A stretch of 63,040 bases of DNA, the filler included, from Octopus bimaculoides (taxonomy: Eukaryota), in the NCBI RefSeq assembly GCF_001194135.2. It is 6 parts of 5 records of this genome, joined end to end, with 100 filler letters (N's around TTAATTAATTAA, not from the genome) between each part and the next. Parts side by side here need not be neighbours in the genome. Positions count along the whole stretch, not along the records: positions 1 to 19,260 come from NC_068986.1; positions 19,361 to 27,840 come from NC_068995.1; 4 more parts are not named here. One strand, written 5' to 3'. Below are positions 11,200 through 22,582 of this stretch, piece after piece (the first letter of the stretch is position 1; every line of letters begins with the position of its first letter). The notes under the pieces are model-generated. The model did no database searches, was not told where the DNA came from, and saw only the letters and a list, made by a program, of their open reading frames with translations. The translations under genes and the position numbers were made by a program.

Positions 11200-11480
11200 C
11201 TGAAGTGGCTGACTTCCTTTCGAGTGTTGGGCCACATGGAGGCAAAGTGGCTGAGCTCCTGGGCCGCATGGAGGCAAAGTGGTTGAGCGCCTTTCAAATG
11301 TTGGGCCTCACGAACGTGAGGTCGCTGAGTTCCTTTCAAGCGTTGGACCTCATAGAGGCAAAGTGTCCAAGCTCCTGGGCCTTTTGGAGGCAAAGTGGCT
11401 GAGTTCCTTTCTAGCATAGGGCTTCATGGAGGCAAAGTGGCCAAGCTACTTTTGAGTGTTGGGCCTCATGGAGCCAATGA
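11200..11480 (+). repeat. Minisatellite of alternating ~42-bp and ~32-bp units
   Basis: Recurring AAAGTGGCTGAG(C/T)TCC..GGGCC.CATGGAGGC motif, about 7 units. Confidence 0.85.
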
Positions 11481-11625
11481 CCAAGACCTTTTTGCACTAT
11501 GTCATGCTTGAGAAGAAGACCCGTCATGCTGAGCAAAATCACAGTCATGGCAGATACCAGTGTCACGCAAATGGCACCTATGCTGGTGGCACGTAAAAGT
11601 ACTCATTCAACTCTCAGAGTGGTTG

Positions 11626-11626
<1 letters not shown>
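11455..11626 (+). mobile_element. RTE 3' end remnant running into (CA)n and a gap
   Basis: TTGGGCCTCA..CAATGAC..GACC..TGCTTGAGAAG aligns to the RTE ORF end at 3945-4010, followed by GGTGGCACGTAAAAG..CTCTCAGAGTGGTTGGCA. Confidence 0.75.
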
Positions 11627-11677
<51 letters not shown>

Positions 11678-11751
11678 NNNNNNNNNNNNNNNNNNNNNNN
11701 NNNNNNNNNNNNNNNNNNNNNNNNNNNNNNNNNNNNNNNNNNNNNNNNNNN

Positions 11752-11791
<40 letters not shown>

Positions 11792-12362
11792 TCAAAATAT
11801 GTCCTTATCGTTGCACTTGGCACCATATAACAGAAATAATTCTGTTGAATTGTCCAGGTATATGTAATTCATATTGCCCAGTATGAACAGTAGAGGGGTT
11901 GACCAGTTATTCTAGAATCCCGTAGCTGTGATAGTCAACAATGAGGGACAAAGGGCAGTTTAATAAATATGATGGTGAGGTAGGTGAAAGCTCTGGTGAG
12001 AATATGTTAGGTGTGGGACCCAGTTTATATCAATGCTAAAAGAAACTTTTCTTCATGACCCTGTGTAGCTCATAAGTACCTGTGAATATAGACAAGTACC
12101 ATATATATATATCTGCAAAGTCTTATGATCAGAAGGTGTATAACCAATACAGGCTCACTTGAAATACACAAATAGAGGCCAAAAAACCAGAGATAAAAAA
12201 ATCCATATGACAAATATTTATGGATTTGTATGACCTTCCTCAAAACCACTGGATTTGACCTAATTTAAGAAAGAACTATTGTTAGTGAAATCTGCTAGTA
12301 ATACAACCTACAAACACACAAAATATTCTTGACAGGCCTTAATCTATTAAACTTTCTGTTAA

Positions 12363-12582
12363 CCCTTTCGTTACTGTATCTATTTTGAGATGTTCTGTGT
12401 TTCTCTCAGTTACTTTAAATATAACAAAGAATTTAGTAAAACAACTTAGTTATCATTCAGCTAGAGTTAGGAACATAAATTGTGACTAAGGTTTGGTGGA
12501 AGATTTTAATTCAAAACTTATGAAAACAAGACATTTGTACTCAGAGCCAGAGCCGGTTTCAGCCGGGTTGGTAATGAAAGGG
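12363..12582. mobile_element. piggyBac-like MITE
   Basis: TTAA|CCCTTTCGTTAC ... GTAATGAAAGGG|TTAA, with TTAA at 12359-12362 and 12583-12586. Confidence 0.88.
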
Positions 12583-12586
12583 TTAA

Positions 12587-12788
12587 CATATTTCCGTTGC
12601 CTTTATTTCATTTAATGCTTAAAATAATGAAGAATTTAATAAAATAACTTTGTCACCATCAAGCTGGTGTTTGGGACATGAAATGAAATTTTGGCAGAAG
12701 TTTTTAATTTAGATCCCTTTAAAACAGGAAATGTGTACCATAGAACCAGGCAGGGTGGTCTCAGGTGGGTTGGTATCAAAAGGGTTAA
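12587..12788. mobile_element. Related TTAA-type MITE with a decayed left end
   Basis: Ends GGTATCAAAAGGG|TTAA; body related to 25290-25440 and to the 955-1304 arm. Confidence 0.65.
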
Positions 12789-12870
12789 CATTTGCATGTC
12801 AGGAATTGTTAATTTAAATGCTAAATAATGGGTTTGTTTGTTCTATATAAGCAATGTGTGTGCATGTGTG

Positions 12871-13096
12871 TTTTTTTTACTACCCACAAGGGGCTACACA
12901 CAGAGGGGGCAAACAAGGACAGACAAACGGATTAAGTCGATTATATCGACCCCAGTGCGTGACTGGTACTTATTTAATCGACCCCGAAAGGATGAAAGGC
13001 AAAATCGACCTCGGCGGAATTTGAACTCAGAACGTAGCGGCAGACGAAATACCGTTAAGCATTTCGCCCGGCGTGCTAACGTTTCTGCCAGCTCGC
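12871..13096 (-). mobile_element. Young tRNA-derived SINE family B, new-tail subfamily
   Basis: CpG-rich, A/B boxes on the minus strand, 9-bp direct repeat GCATGTGTG at 12862-12870 and 13095-13103. Confidence 0.92.
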
Positions 13097-13443
13097 ATGT
13101 GTGCACACATAAATGTCTTACTACTAACACACACACACACAAAGGGAGAAAATGGAGGTACACAAAGAAGGTCTTCAAGATAAAATTGAATTTCTTTTTA
13201 GCTGAAGAAATTCGTCGCATAATTCCATCATAAAATCCGAAACAATTCCCACTTAACATTCTGATTATTCTGTCAAATGTAATCTTTATTTTTCCATATT
13301 TGAATTAATTGTGAATTAAATGTTTTGAGATTCAGATGAGGTAACCAGGTTTTAATGTTACAGGGAGTGGAGCACATCATAAAAAAAAGGGGCCACAATT
13401 TATAATTCATTTCTCTTATATCATACGAAATATTTCTATAGTT

Positions 13444-13673
13444 CTTCTTTTTTTTTTCTTTTATCTCTTCCAGTCATTTGACTGTGACCATGCTGCAGCA
13501 CTGCCTCCAGTCGAAGAAATCGACCCCACGACTTATTCTTTGTACTTATTCAGCCGCTAGTACTTATTCTATCGGTCTCTTTTGCCAAGCTGCTAAGTTA
13601 CAGAGACATTAACACACCAGCATAGGTTGTCAAGCGATGGTGGAAAGACAAACACATACACACACACACATGC

Positions 13674-13704
<31 letters not shown>

Positions 13705-14075
13705 TATACAGTATATAATAGGCTTCTTTCAGTTTCCATCTACCAAATCCACTCACGAGGCTGTAGTAGAAGATGCTTGCCCAAGGTGTCATGCAGTGGG
13801 ATTGAACCCAGAACCATGTGGTTGATAAGCAAGCTACTTACCACACAGCCACTCCGGATGAAATGCTTAGCGGTATTTCGTCTGCCGCTACGTTCTGAGT
13901 TCAAATTCCGCTGAGGTCGACTTTGCCTTTCATCCTTTCGGGGTCGATTAAATAAGTACCAGTTACGCACTGGGGTCGGTATTTTCGACTTAATCTGTTT
14001 GTCTGTCCTTGTTTGTCCCCTCTGTGTGTAGCCCCTTGTGGGTAGTAAAGAAATAACATAGCCACTACTGTGCCT
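13444..14075 (-). mobile_element. SINE family A, full length, with a family-B copy inserted in its tRNA head
   Basis: Family-A tail, (CA)n and core on the minus strand; head interrupted after CACAGCCACTCC and resuming at ATAGCCACTACTGTGCC. Confidence 0.85.
13856..14057 (+). mobile_element. 5'-truncated young SINE family B, new-tail subfamily
   Basis: Near reverse complement of 12871-13075; AGCCACT repeated at 13847-13853 and 14060-14066. Confidence 0.9.
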
Positions 14076-14511
14076 ATAATATATGTAATTATATTCTACA
14101 TTCATGAATTTTATGTTTCCATAACGATGTCATTATGTATGAAACTTACAACTTGTGATATAGGTGTGACATGAAAATGATGAAACTCCTCTGGATCGTC
14201 CAGTGTCAAGAGGTTATGACGTCAGGGTTTGTTTTGGTTCTTCAGATGTCAGTGACCACCAACACATCACAGGAGATTGAGAAGAGTGTTCAAAAACACA
14301 GGATGTTAGTCATATAAAGTAATGACACCAGAAAATTCTTCCAAAGCCATCCAGTTAACAAACGAAAATAGAGATTCAACTTTCATCGCATGAGTGAACT
14401 AAAGAGTTTTAAAAGGTGTTGAAAAGGTGCTTATTTTGAAAAATGTGCTTGGTAGGGTGCAGTCACTATCCTTGCTCCCCTATTGGCTATGCCACTGGAG
14501 GTGACAGTTCA

Positions 14512-14720
14512 TTTTTAGAATGACATTGTAGGGTTGGTGTGAGAGGCCAGATCTGGCCAGTTTTGAACATAAAACAGGGAGAATATTTTGGCTGGGTATG
14601 GCCAGTTTAACTCTTTAGCATTTAAACTGGCCTTATTCAACCAAAATATTCTCCCTGTTTTATGTTCAAAACTAGCCAGATCCAGCCTCTCACACCTATC
14701 CTACAATGTCATTCTAAAAA
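14512..14720. repeat. Foldback: ~99-bp inverted arms with an 11-nt spacer at a MITE left end
   Basis: 14512-14610 is the reverse complement of 14622-14720 with about ten mismatches. Confidence 0.92.
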
Positions 14721-15073
14721 TAAAACAATCACAACCACAAGATAAATAATAAAAAAATGTTTCCTTCTTGAGCCATGCCAGGGTCATAAGGGCCAGTTGT
14801 ATTCCCCACATGGATGGGACGCCGGTCTGTCACAGGGTTAATAATTTTTGCCAGCTGAGTGGACTGGGGCAATGTGAAATGAAGTGTTTTGCTCAAGAAC
14901 ACAATGCATCACTCAGTCCAGGAATTGAAACTGTGATCTTACGATCATGAGTCCAACACCCTAACCACTTAGCTACAGACCTCCACCAACTACAAGATAA
15001 TGCGTTATTAATTAAAAACAATGTAAATAAATAAATATTACATTTTGACAGAGTAATCTGCATGGTAAAGGGT
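14611..15073. mobile_element. TTAA-flanked MITE interrupted by a SINE C
   Basis: TTAA|CTCTTTAGCAT ... ATGGTAAAGGG|TTAA; same family as 6867-7247. Confidence 0.75.
14746..14985 (-). mobile_element. tRNA-derived SINE family C
   Basis: Minus-strand A/B boxes and core TTGAGCAAAACACTTCATTTCAC; ACAAGATAA direct repeat at 14737-14745 and 14992-15000. Confidence 0.85.
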
Positions 15074-15669
15074 TAAAATGAGATGTATTTGCTTAAGGTG
15101 ACATTTGAGTGATATCTTCTCACACAGTTGCACACAAACTTTGTAAAGAAAGACTACAATAAGACAATAATTTTTACTTCATTACTCTCAGCCCCTACAA
15201 TGTGCATCTCTCACGACTCCATACAGTTTGTCCCTTTACCCCAGAACAGAACCTCTTGGTCACCAACAGAGGTACCAACCATGCAAACCTCTCCCTCTGA
15301 TGACACCAGCAGCAGATTACGGAGACTATCAACTGCAACCAACAGACAGACAAGTGGAGACACATCTCAAATGAGAGCAGAGTAGAAACTAGAAAAGTGG
15401 AGTTATTATGAAGGAACTAGTCAAGCATAATTGTTTGCTTTTGGTGGGAGAAATAACAAAGCAAGTTAACATTCCCCAACAATCCCGACATAATATGTAG
15501 ATATGACTAACTATGGAAATTATTAACATTCCACCTGCTTACTTTTCTTCCTTGATTTATCCAGTGGACTGAGACTCTCTGCGTAGGGGGGTGGGGGTGA
15601 GATAGATATGTGGCACATTGTTGAACTCAAGATCTGCCCACCACAACAGAATTGATATTCTAGAACCAA

Positions 15670-16097
15670 GGTGCCATGCACATTTAAAAAAGGGTTGGTC
15701 GGGGTGTTGGTGCCATGTAAAATGCACTGGTGATGGTTTCACATAAAAAAGTTCCCATTACACTCTTGGAGTGGTTGGCATTAGGAAGGACATCCAGCTG
15801 TAGAAACCAAGCCAAAACAGACACTAGAACTTGGTGCAGCCCCTGGCCATGCCAGTTCCTCCTGTCAAATCCTCCAACCCATGCCAGCAGAGAATATGGA
15901 CATTAAATGATGATGATGATACACACACACACATATATATAAAATCGACCCCAGGACTTATTCTTTGCAAGCCTAGTACTTATTCTTTTGGTCTCTTTTG
16001 CCGAACCGCTAGGTTACGGGGATGTAAACACACCACCATCTGTTGTCAAGCAATGTTGAGGGGACAGTGTGCTAACGATTCTGCCAGCTCATCACCT
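15670..16097. mobile_element. Patchwork of RTE-type tail (+, to 15920), SINE A 3' half (-, 15940-16066) and SINE B head (-, 16067-16097)
   Basis: Diagnostic motifs of each family are abutted. Confidence 0.7.
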
Positions 16098-16417
16098 TAA
16101 TTTAAAAACAAAAAGGGAATGCAAAAGAAATATGTAAACTAGTTTTATTAACTGAATTACCTTAAAGATAGGATTATTTGTGTTGTCGTACTGAGGATTT
16201 CCGCTCATACTTCAAGACAAAAATTTGCATGAGTCTCGGCTCATACAGCAAATTACTCATACAATGGGGCACTTGTACTGCGAGGTTCTACTGTACTATA
16301 TATATATAATTACTTTAATTACTTCTGCTTCTCCTTCTTTGATTCACCTTGAAATTTTATATTCTAAATGACCGGAGATGCTCGTCCTGCTTTGGTTTTG
16401 TTTTCCTTCCCCTTCAA

Positions 16418-16580
16418 GACAGACAGACACACACACACACACACACACACAACAGGCTCCTTGCAGCTTCCTTCAACCAAATCTACTCACAAGGCTTTGG
16501 TCCTGGGGCTATAGAAGACAAAACTTGCCCCAAGGTACCATGCAGTAGAACTGAACCCAGAACGATGTGGTTGGGAAGAA
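16418..16580 (-). mobile_element. SINE family A 5' half
   Basis: (CA)n..CCAAATCTACTCACAAGGCTTTGG..ACTGAACCCAGAAC. Confidence 0.8.
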
Positions 16581-16670
16581 ATGGGTGTTTTTGTGTGAAT
16601 CTAAGAAAGATTGGAACATTATGGACGGACGGGATTGCAAAACGTCAGTTTGGGACGGTGGAGATGGGGG

Positions 16671-16811
16671 CACTAGCGCAGCTACAGTGTGTGCCGCCTG
16701 GAGCGACCCTTCTAGTTGCTGCCTCCGGACACCACAAAAAACACATATTGCCCTCAGCAATAGCCTACAACAGAATAAAAAGTGCCGCACCTACTCCCAG
16801 CTACGCCAGTG
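16671..16811. mobile_element. hAT-type MITE (141 bp)
   Basis: TIRs CACTAGCGCAGCT / AGCTACGCCAGTG; 8-bp TSD GATGGGGG / GATGGGAG. Confidence 0.8.
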
Positions 16812-17384
16812 GATGGGAGTACAGTCTAAAAATTCGTGACAGCAGAGACTCTAGTAGTAGCAATAGTAGCAGCAGCAGCAGCAGCGGTAGCGGTAGTAGT
16901 AGTGGTGGCGTCGGCGGCGGTGGAGTAGACGAAGTGGTTTCCAACTTTTTAGTGATCAAATTATGTATAAATATTGTAGTGTTACCATTTTATTTGACTG
17001 AAACTATCTTCTCATCGCATCACAGTTTACTTTACAGTCAACCATGGCATCTTAGAGGAAATAACGTCCGTAGTTTCGTGTGAACTTGTGTATTTATCTG
17101 TATTTTTGTTCTAGGTAAATATATTTATTTATATCTCTTAATTAATTACAAGTAATCATCTTGCATTAATTATTGGGTTCCCAGCCGTCTTCCCTATTAA
17201 AATCCATTCTTAATGTCCAGATATGTTATTTAGGGAGTCAATGACGTTCTTTCGTGGGACCATAAAGATTGAACTCTGAGTAAATGTTAATTATTAAATT
17301 AAATGAGCGGTGTTTCATTTGATTTCAGTTAAGAGGTCTCGATCGTTGTTTAGTGAGTCAAACACCTGAATGTAATAATAAAGG

Positions 17385-17675
17385 TTTTATTTTATTAACC
17401 AATAAGGGTTTACAAAAACATTGGGGACAGTACAGGACAATACAATGTGGGGTTGCATAAAAGGCATGTAAAAAATAAAGTAGAATTACATAAATTTATA
17501 ACAATGGATAATTCCCCAAAAGAAGGAGACTTCCTAAGGCAGCTCGTGGAGACCCCACAAAAACCACAGACGGCCTGACCACTAGGGCAAGTGTTCTCTT
17601 CGCATTGTCCTTCTTCAACGTACAAGCGCATGCTTAGAGTAGGCCCGTTCACTCGGACCATTCTTGCAACATTCA
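17385..17675 (-). mobile_element. LINE 3' end with A-rich tail, possibly Tx1/L1 clade
   Basis: Minus-strand remnant NVARMVRVNGPTLSM, then a UTR ending TGTCCCC..CCCTTATTGGTTAATAAAATAAAA. The clade call is from recall only. Confidence 0.45.
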
Positions 17676-17935
17676 TAATAAGCATTGTCGCTATAATCGT
17701 GACTTGGAGCCAAAGTAAGAAACAGTCAATTATTGGAAGACATTGGAAACAAGGGAAGTAACTCGTTGTTAAAATAACATTGAAGTTGAGGAGCTTGCAC
17801 ACACACACACACACATACAGTTTGCTTCTCTGTGTGTATGTGTGTGTGTGTGTATACGTATGTATCTGTCTTTCAATCTCTCAATACATACGTATATACA
17901 TACATACATATATGCATACACACACACATACACAT

Positions 17936-18392
17936 GATAATAATAATGAAATTATTGTGTACAGTGCTCAGGTGCCCTACAACCCATCAAAGGTACATGT
18001 ACAGTACATAGAATTATGTACAAAAGTCAGGAAAGTGAGCAGTGTATGGTCACGATATATATATGTGTGTGTGCATGCGTATGGAGGGGGTGGGGATATC
18101 AGGTGTAGTGTTGGCGAATTTCAGGAAGCATGGAGGTTTTAAAGGATGCAATGTTTCGGCAACTAACAATTGATGCAGGTAGTTTGTTCCATACTTCAGC
18201 AACTCTGACTGTGAAAAAATGTTTCCAAAAGTCATGGGAGCTGTGCTGTTTTCAGACTTTGTAGGTATTACCACGTGTGTTAGAGACATGGTGCAATGGG
18301 TAATAATTTTGTGGGTGTTTTCCAAGTCAGTTGTCAGAACTTCAATATATCCGTGCTCAGGGAAGCAAGGCGTTCAGAATATGGTAGATGTA
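17936..18392 (-). mobile_element. CR1-clade LINE 3' end (frameshifted RT C-terminus and 3' UTR)
   Basis: LPYSERL..TDLENTHKII..SNTRG..FFTVRVAEVWNKLP..FKTS matches the CR1 C-terminal pattern; (ATT)n tail. Confidence 0.88.
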
Positions 18393-18395
18393 TAT

Positions 18396-18540
18396 ATAAT
18401 GAATTTATTGTATACAGTACTCAGGTGCACTACAACTTATCAGAAAAATTAACCAAAACTGCATGAATGTTACATAGAATATCCACAGGAATGGAACTGA
18501 ATAAGTCTTCAATATATATGGAGGGGGGGGTATTGAGGGA
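18396..18540 (-). mobile_element. Second CR1 3' UTR copy in tandem
   Basis: AATGAATTTATTGTATACAGTACTCAGGTGCACTACAAC repeats 17944-17982. Confidence 0.7.
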
Positions 18541-18896
18541 GAGAGAGATTGAAAGACAGAAAGATACATACATACATACACACACATACATACACACACA
18601 TAGATACACACATCAGAAATAAAGAGCTCACTCAACATAAGAAATAGGGCAGATATAATATTCATATATCATTGATCTGTATATGGCTGGTTATGGTATA
18701 TTACTGGTCAAAGTGGTGTTACCATCAGTTTCATGCTGACTATTGCATTTAAGCAATATGGATCACTCTTCAAACATGTCTGCAGAGGATGTCGTCAATA
18801 CTGTCTTGTGCCAGGAATTGGCATGAAACCAATGACAACATTCTAACCAGTTATATTTATATCCTATTACCAGGAATGTATATATATATATATATC

Positions 18897-19260
18897 TTGC
18901 AAACTACCTCGTCGACGAGTGACAGGGACCTTCTCTTTGTGGCTGGAGACTTCAACGGTCATGTCGGACGTCGTGCTGGGGGCTTCCATGGCATACATGG
19001 AGGCTATGGCTTCGGTTCCCGCAACGAGGAGGGAACCAGACTGCTGGAGTTCTGTGATGCAACCAATCTTATAGTCTGCAATACCAACTTCAGGAAACCT
19101 GCCAGTCACCTAGTCACCTACCGCTCCGGCAGACACTCTAGCCAAATCGACTACATCCTCGCCAGAAATAGGGAAAGAGGGCGGCTTATAAATGCCAAAA
19201 CCTACCCTGGCGAAGAATGTACCCCACAACATAGATTAGTAGTTAGCGACTTTGGGATCA
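18897..19260 (+). mobile_element. RTE-clade LINE apurinic-type endonuclease fragment, stop-free, running into a gap
   Basis: AGDFNGHVG..G.G.RN..G.RLLEFC..NTNF..SQIDYIL..QHRLVV motifs. Confidence 0.93.
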
Positions 19261-19304
19261 NNNNNNNNNNNNNNNNNNNNNNNNNNNNNNNNNNNNNNNN
19301 NNNN

Positions 19305-19316
19305 TTAATTAATTAA
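19305..19316. other. Artificial six-frame-stop linker TTAATTAATTAA in an N-gap (also 27885-27896, 44367-44378, 48606-48617, 54779-54790)
   Basis: The same 12-mer is centred in five 100-base gaps. Confidence 0.95.
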
Positions 19317-19360
19317 NNNNNNNNNNNNNNNNNNNNNNNNNNNNNNNNNNNNNNNNNNNN

Positions 19361-19424
<64 letters not shown>

Positions 19425-20329
19425 GTATTTAAATTTGCTTGTAAATTTCTTAAATCTTTTTCTCTTCTCGTTTTTGTTTTTTTCCTGCCTCCCCTTATTC
19501 TCCATTTAAATTTTTGAAAGTGGATGAGTAGCATTTTCGTAATTCTTCTTCTTATTTTTCATTGAAGCCTCAGATAGTTACAACCCAAAAGAGAACTGGA
19601 TATTTTCGATTGTTCTTTATAAATTTTTCTGAGAATATTGCTTTGTAAATTCGGATAACAGAACATAGAAGTCTATGGCAGAAACCTTTCTGCCTACTTC
19701 TCTCTCTCTCTCTCTCTCTCTCAGTGTGTCTCTGTCTTTGTCTCTATCTCTCCCTTCATTTGGTCGTTTCTTTCTTTCTCGTCTAATCTATCTTGCTTAT
19801 ATGCAAAGCTATATGGCATTGTATTACTCAAGTCCGATATGATAGTTTGTATTGTATAATAATTGAATTTAGTTGCCGACAGACAATTCACTAAAGTGGA
19901 GAAGTCAATTGTTTGATGGGGTTTGGAATTTTGTGATGGTTACGCCATGCTTTGATATCTATATTTTAGCATAAGTTATTTTTTTAAATAGCTGCTTTCA
20001 ACAGAAATTCTGTGCCAACAAATCTAAATAAATGAATCTAAATAATAAATTAATTAAATATAAATGTAAAAAAAAAAAAAAAAAGAAAATTAGTGTTTGA
20101 TGGTCTTTGAAATTTTGTAATGGTTCCACTTTGATATCTATATTTTACCATAAGTTTTGGTTTTAGCAACAGTTTTCAACAGAAATTCTGGGCTAATAAA
20201 ATAATAAAAAAAAAAACAAACGATACTGTTGTATTTTGAAAGAAAACAACAGTTTTAGTGATAAAGTAATTAAATTTATAATTATTAAATATTGTACTGT
20301 ATTATTTGATTAATTAATATTAAACTTTG

Positions 20330-20705
20330 TGAAGGCGGTGAGGTGGCAGAATTGTTAGCACACCGGACGAAATGCTTAGCAGTATTTTCATCTGTCTTCA
20401 TGTTCTGTGTTCAAATTCTGCCATGGTCAACTTTGCTTTTCATTCTTGGGGGTCGATAAGCACTGGAGTTAATGCAATCGACTCATCCCCTCCCCCAAAA
20501 TGGCTGCCCTTGTAGCAAAATTTGAAACCGTTAAACATTGTAAACAGTGGCTGTATGCTAGTAGCTTGCTTACCAACCACATGGTTCTAGGTTCATTCCC
20601 ACTGTGTGGCACCTTGGGCAAGTGTCTTCTACTACAGCCTCGGGCCAACCAATGCCTTGTCAGTGGATTTGGTAGTCGGAAACTGAAAGAAGCCCGCCTG
20701 TCGAC
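20330..20705 (+). mobile_element. SINE B (old tail, to ~20530) followed by a SINE A head (20545-20705)
   Basis: GGCGGTGAGGTGGCAGAATTGTTAGC..TTCAAATTC; then GTGGCTGTATG..GGTTCATTCCC..GGCACCTTGGGCAAG. Confidence 0.85.
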
Positions 20706-21136
20706 TTTCATGATGACCAGCACAGATATGAGTAAGATGTACATGATTAGAATGTGATAATTCCCTAATTAGCTCATTAGGTACCAGTTATATTCTGAGG
20801 TCTGTCCCATTACAATTGTGAAAGCTCTCATAAAATAAGTACCTGTAATATACTTGGTTCAACTATGATTTGTTCTGTGTAAACATTGGCATTGTACTTA
20901 GTCGATAGATTTTAAGTTTTAAGTAATTAGATATCAATATAATCATAAGGAATCTGTTAATTATCGTTTTGCTTGCGATATTCATCATCATCATTATCAC
21001 CACAACCATCATTATCGTTACACACTACCATCACGCCGACCCCACCATCATTCATTCTAATTATCACCAATCACCTAAGGACAATAATGAAGCATGATCA
21101 ATAGCACAATGGCTTAAATCAACTAAACAACTAACA

Positions 21137-21139
<3 letters not shown>

Positions 21140-21213
<74 letters not shown>

Positions 21214-21523
21214 CATATATATATACATATATAAATATATCTATATATATATACATACATACATATATATACATACATATATATGTGTGTATATATATAT
21301 ATGTATATGCATGTATACATACATATATGTATGTAGATGCATGCACATACATATATGCATATTCCATGCATACATGTAAAATATACAGTGGTGAAACATA
21401 CATGCATATATGCATACATATATATGACCTCATAAGAGATACACATGTATACACATAGCTATGTGCATTTTATGTGTACGCAAAACCAGTCATACAAGCA
21501 CATGCATGAGTGTGCTTGTATGA

Positions 21524-21554
<31 letters not shown>

Positions 21555-21652
21555 CATGTATGTATACACACATATATGTATATATAACTGTATATGTATA
21601 TATCTCCATATAAATGTGTGTGTGTGTTTGTGTCAGCCTCTCTCTCTCTCTG

Positions 21653-21701
<49 letters not shown>

Positions 21702-21960
21702 GTATGTATGCATACAGATACACATATATGTAGACGTAGACATACATGCTCGCATATACGCACACACAGCTCATAAATGCACAACTATGCACATACATCC
21801 ATGTAGGAAAGAGAAACAAGAATAAAGAAAGAAAGGAAGCAAGAAAGAAAGAAAGGAAGAAAGAAGGATAGAAAGTATACAACACAAAGAGGTAAAAAGG
21901 AAGCTGTACTCAAATTTATCAAAGACCACACACACACACACACACACCCAACCACACACA
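21140..21960. repeat. Compound microsatellite field (TA, TACA, TG, CT, GAAA)
   Basis: Direct inspection. Confidence 0.95.
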
Positions 21961-22533
21961 TGCACACCCATATATGTACATGAGCTCTTTTCATCAATGC
22001 CAGACCATTCCATAGTAACTCAACAGAGCCTCTCATCGTACTGATCGTATTGATTTTATATTGGTTTAATATTGATCTCAATCATTATATCAATGTATAT
22101 ATTGATGTTTTTGTTTCGTTGTTGTTAATTTTATTGATTTTTCAAAACAAAAAAAAAATACAAAAAACAAAAATTCTTTATTTGTTTTCTGTTGCTTGTT
22201 TTCCGTTTATTTTTTTCTTTCATTCGTTTGCCTATCCATTTCTTTTCTCTTTTATTGTCCCACATTGAAGCAGCCAAAAAGGATATACANNNNNNNNNNN
22301 NNNNNNNNNNNNNNNNNNNNNNNNNNNNNNNNNNNNNNNNNNNNNNNNNNNNNNNNNNNNNNNNNNNNNNNNNNNNNNNNNNNNNNNNNNNNNNNNNNNN
22401 NNNNNNNNNNNNNNNNNNNNNNNNNNNNNNNNNNNNNNNNNNNNNNNNNNNNNNNNNNNNNNNNNNNNNNNNNNNNNNNNNNNNNNNNNNNNNNNNNNNN
22501 NNNNNNNNNNNNNNNNNNNNNNNNNNNNNNNNN

Positions 22534-22582
<49 letters not shown>

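Noticed and set aside
8465-11480. CRISPR-like arrays at 8465 and 11200
   Set aside because: These are head-to-tail repeats without unique spacers, in a eukaryotic context with no cas genes.
16349-17083. 244-aa ORF
   Set aside because: It runs through a SINE A half, a hAT MITE and an (AGY)n repeat, so it is a chance chimera.
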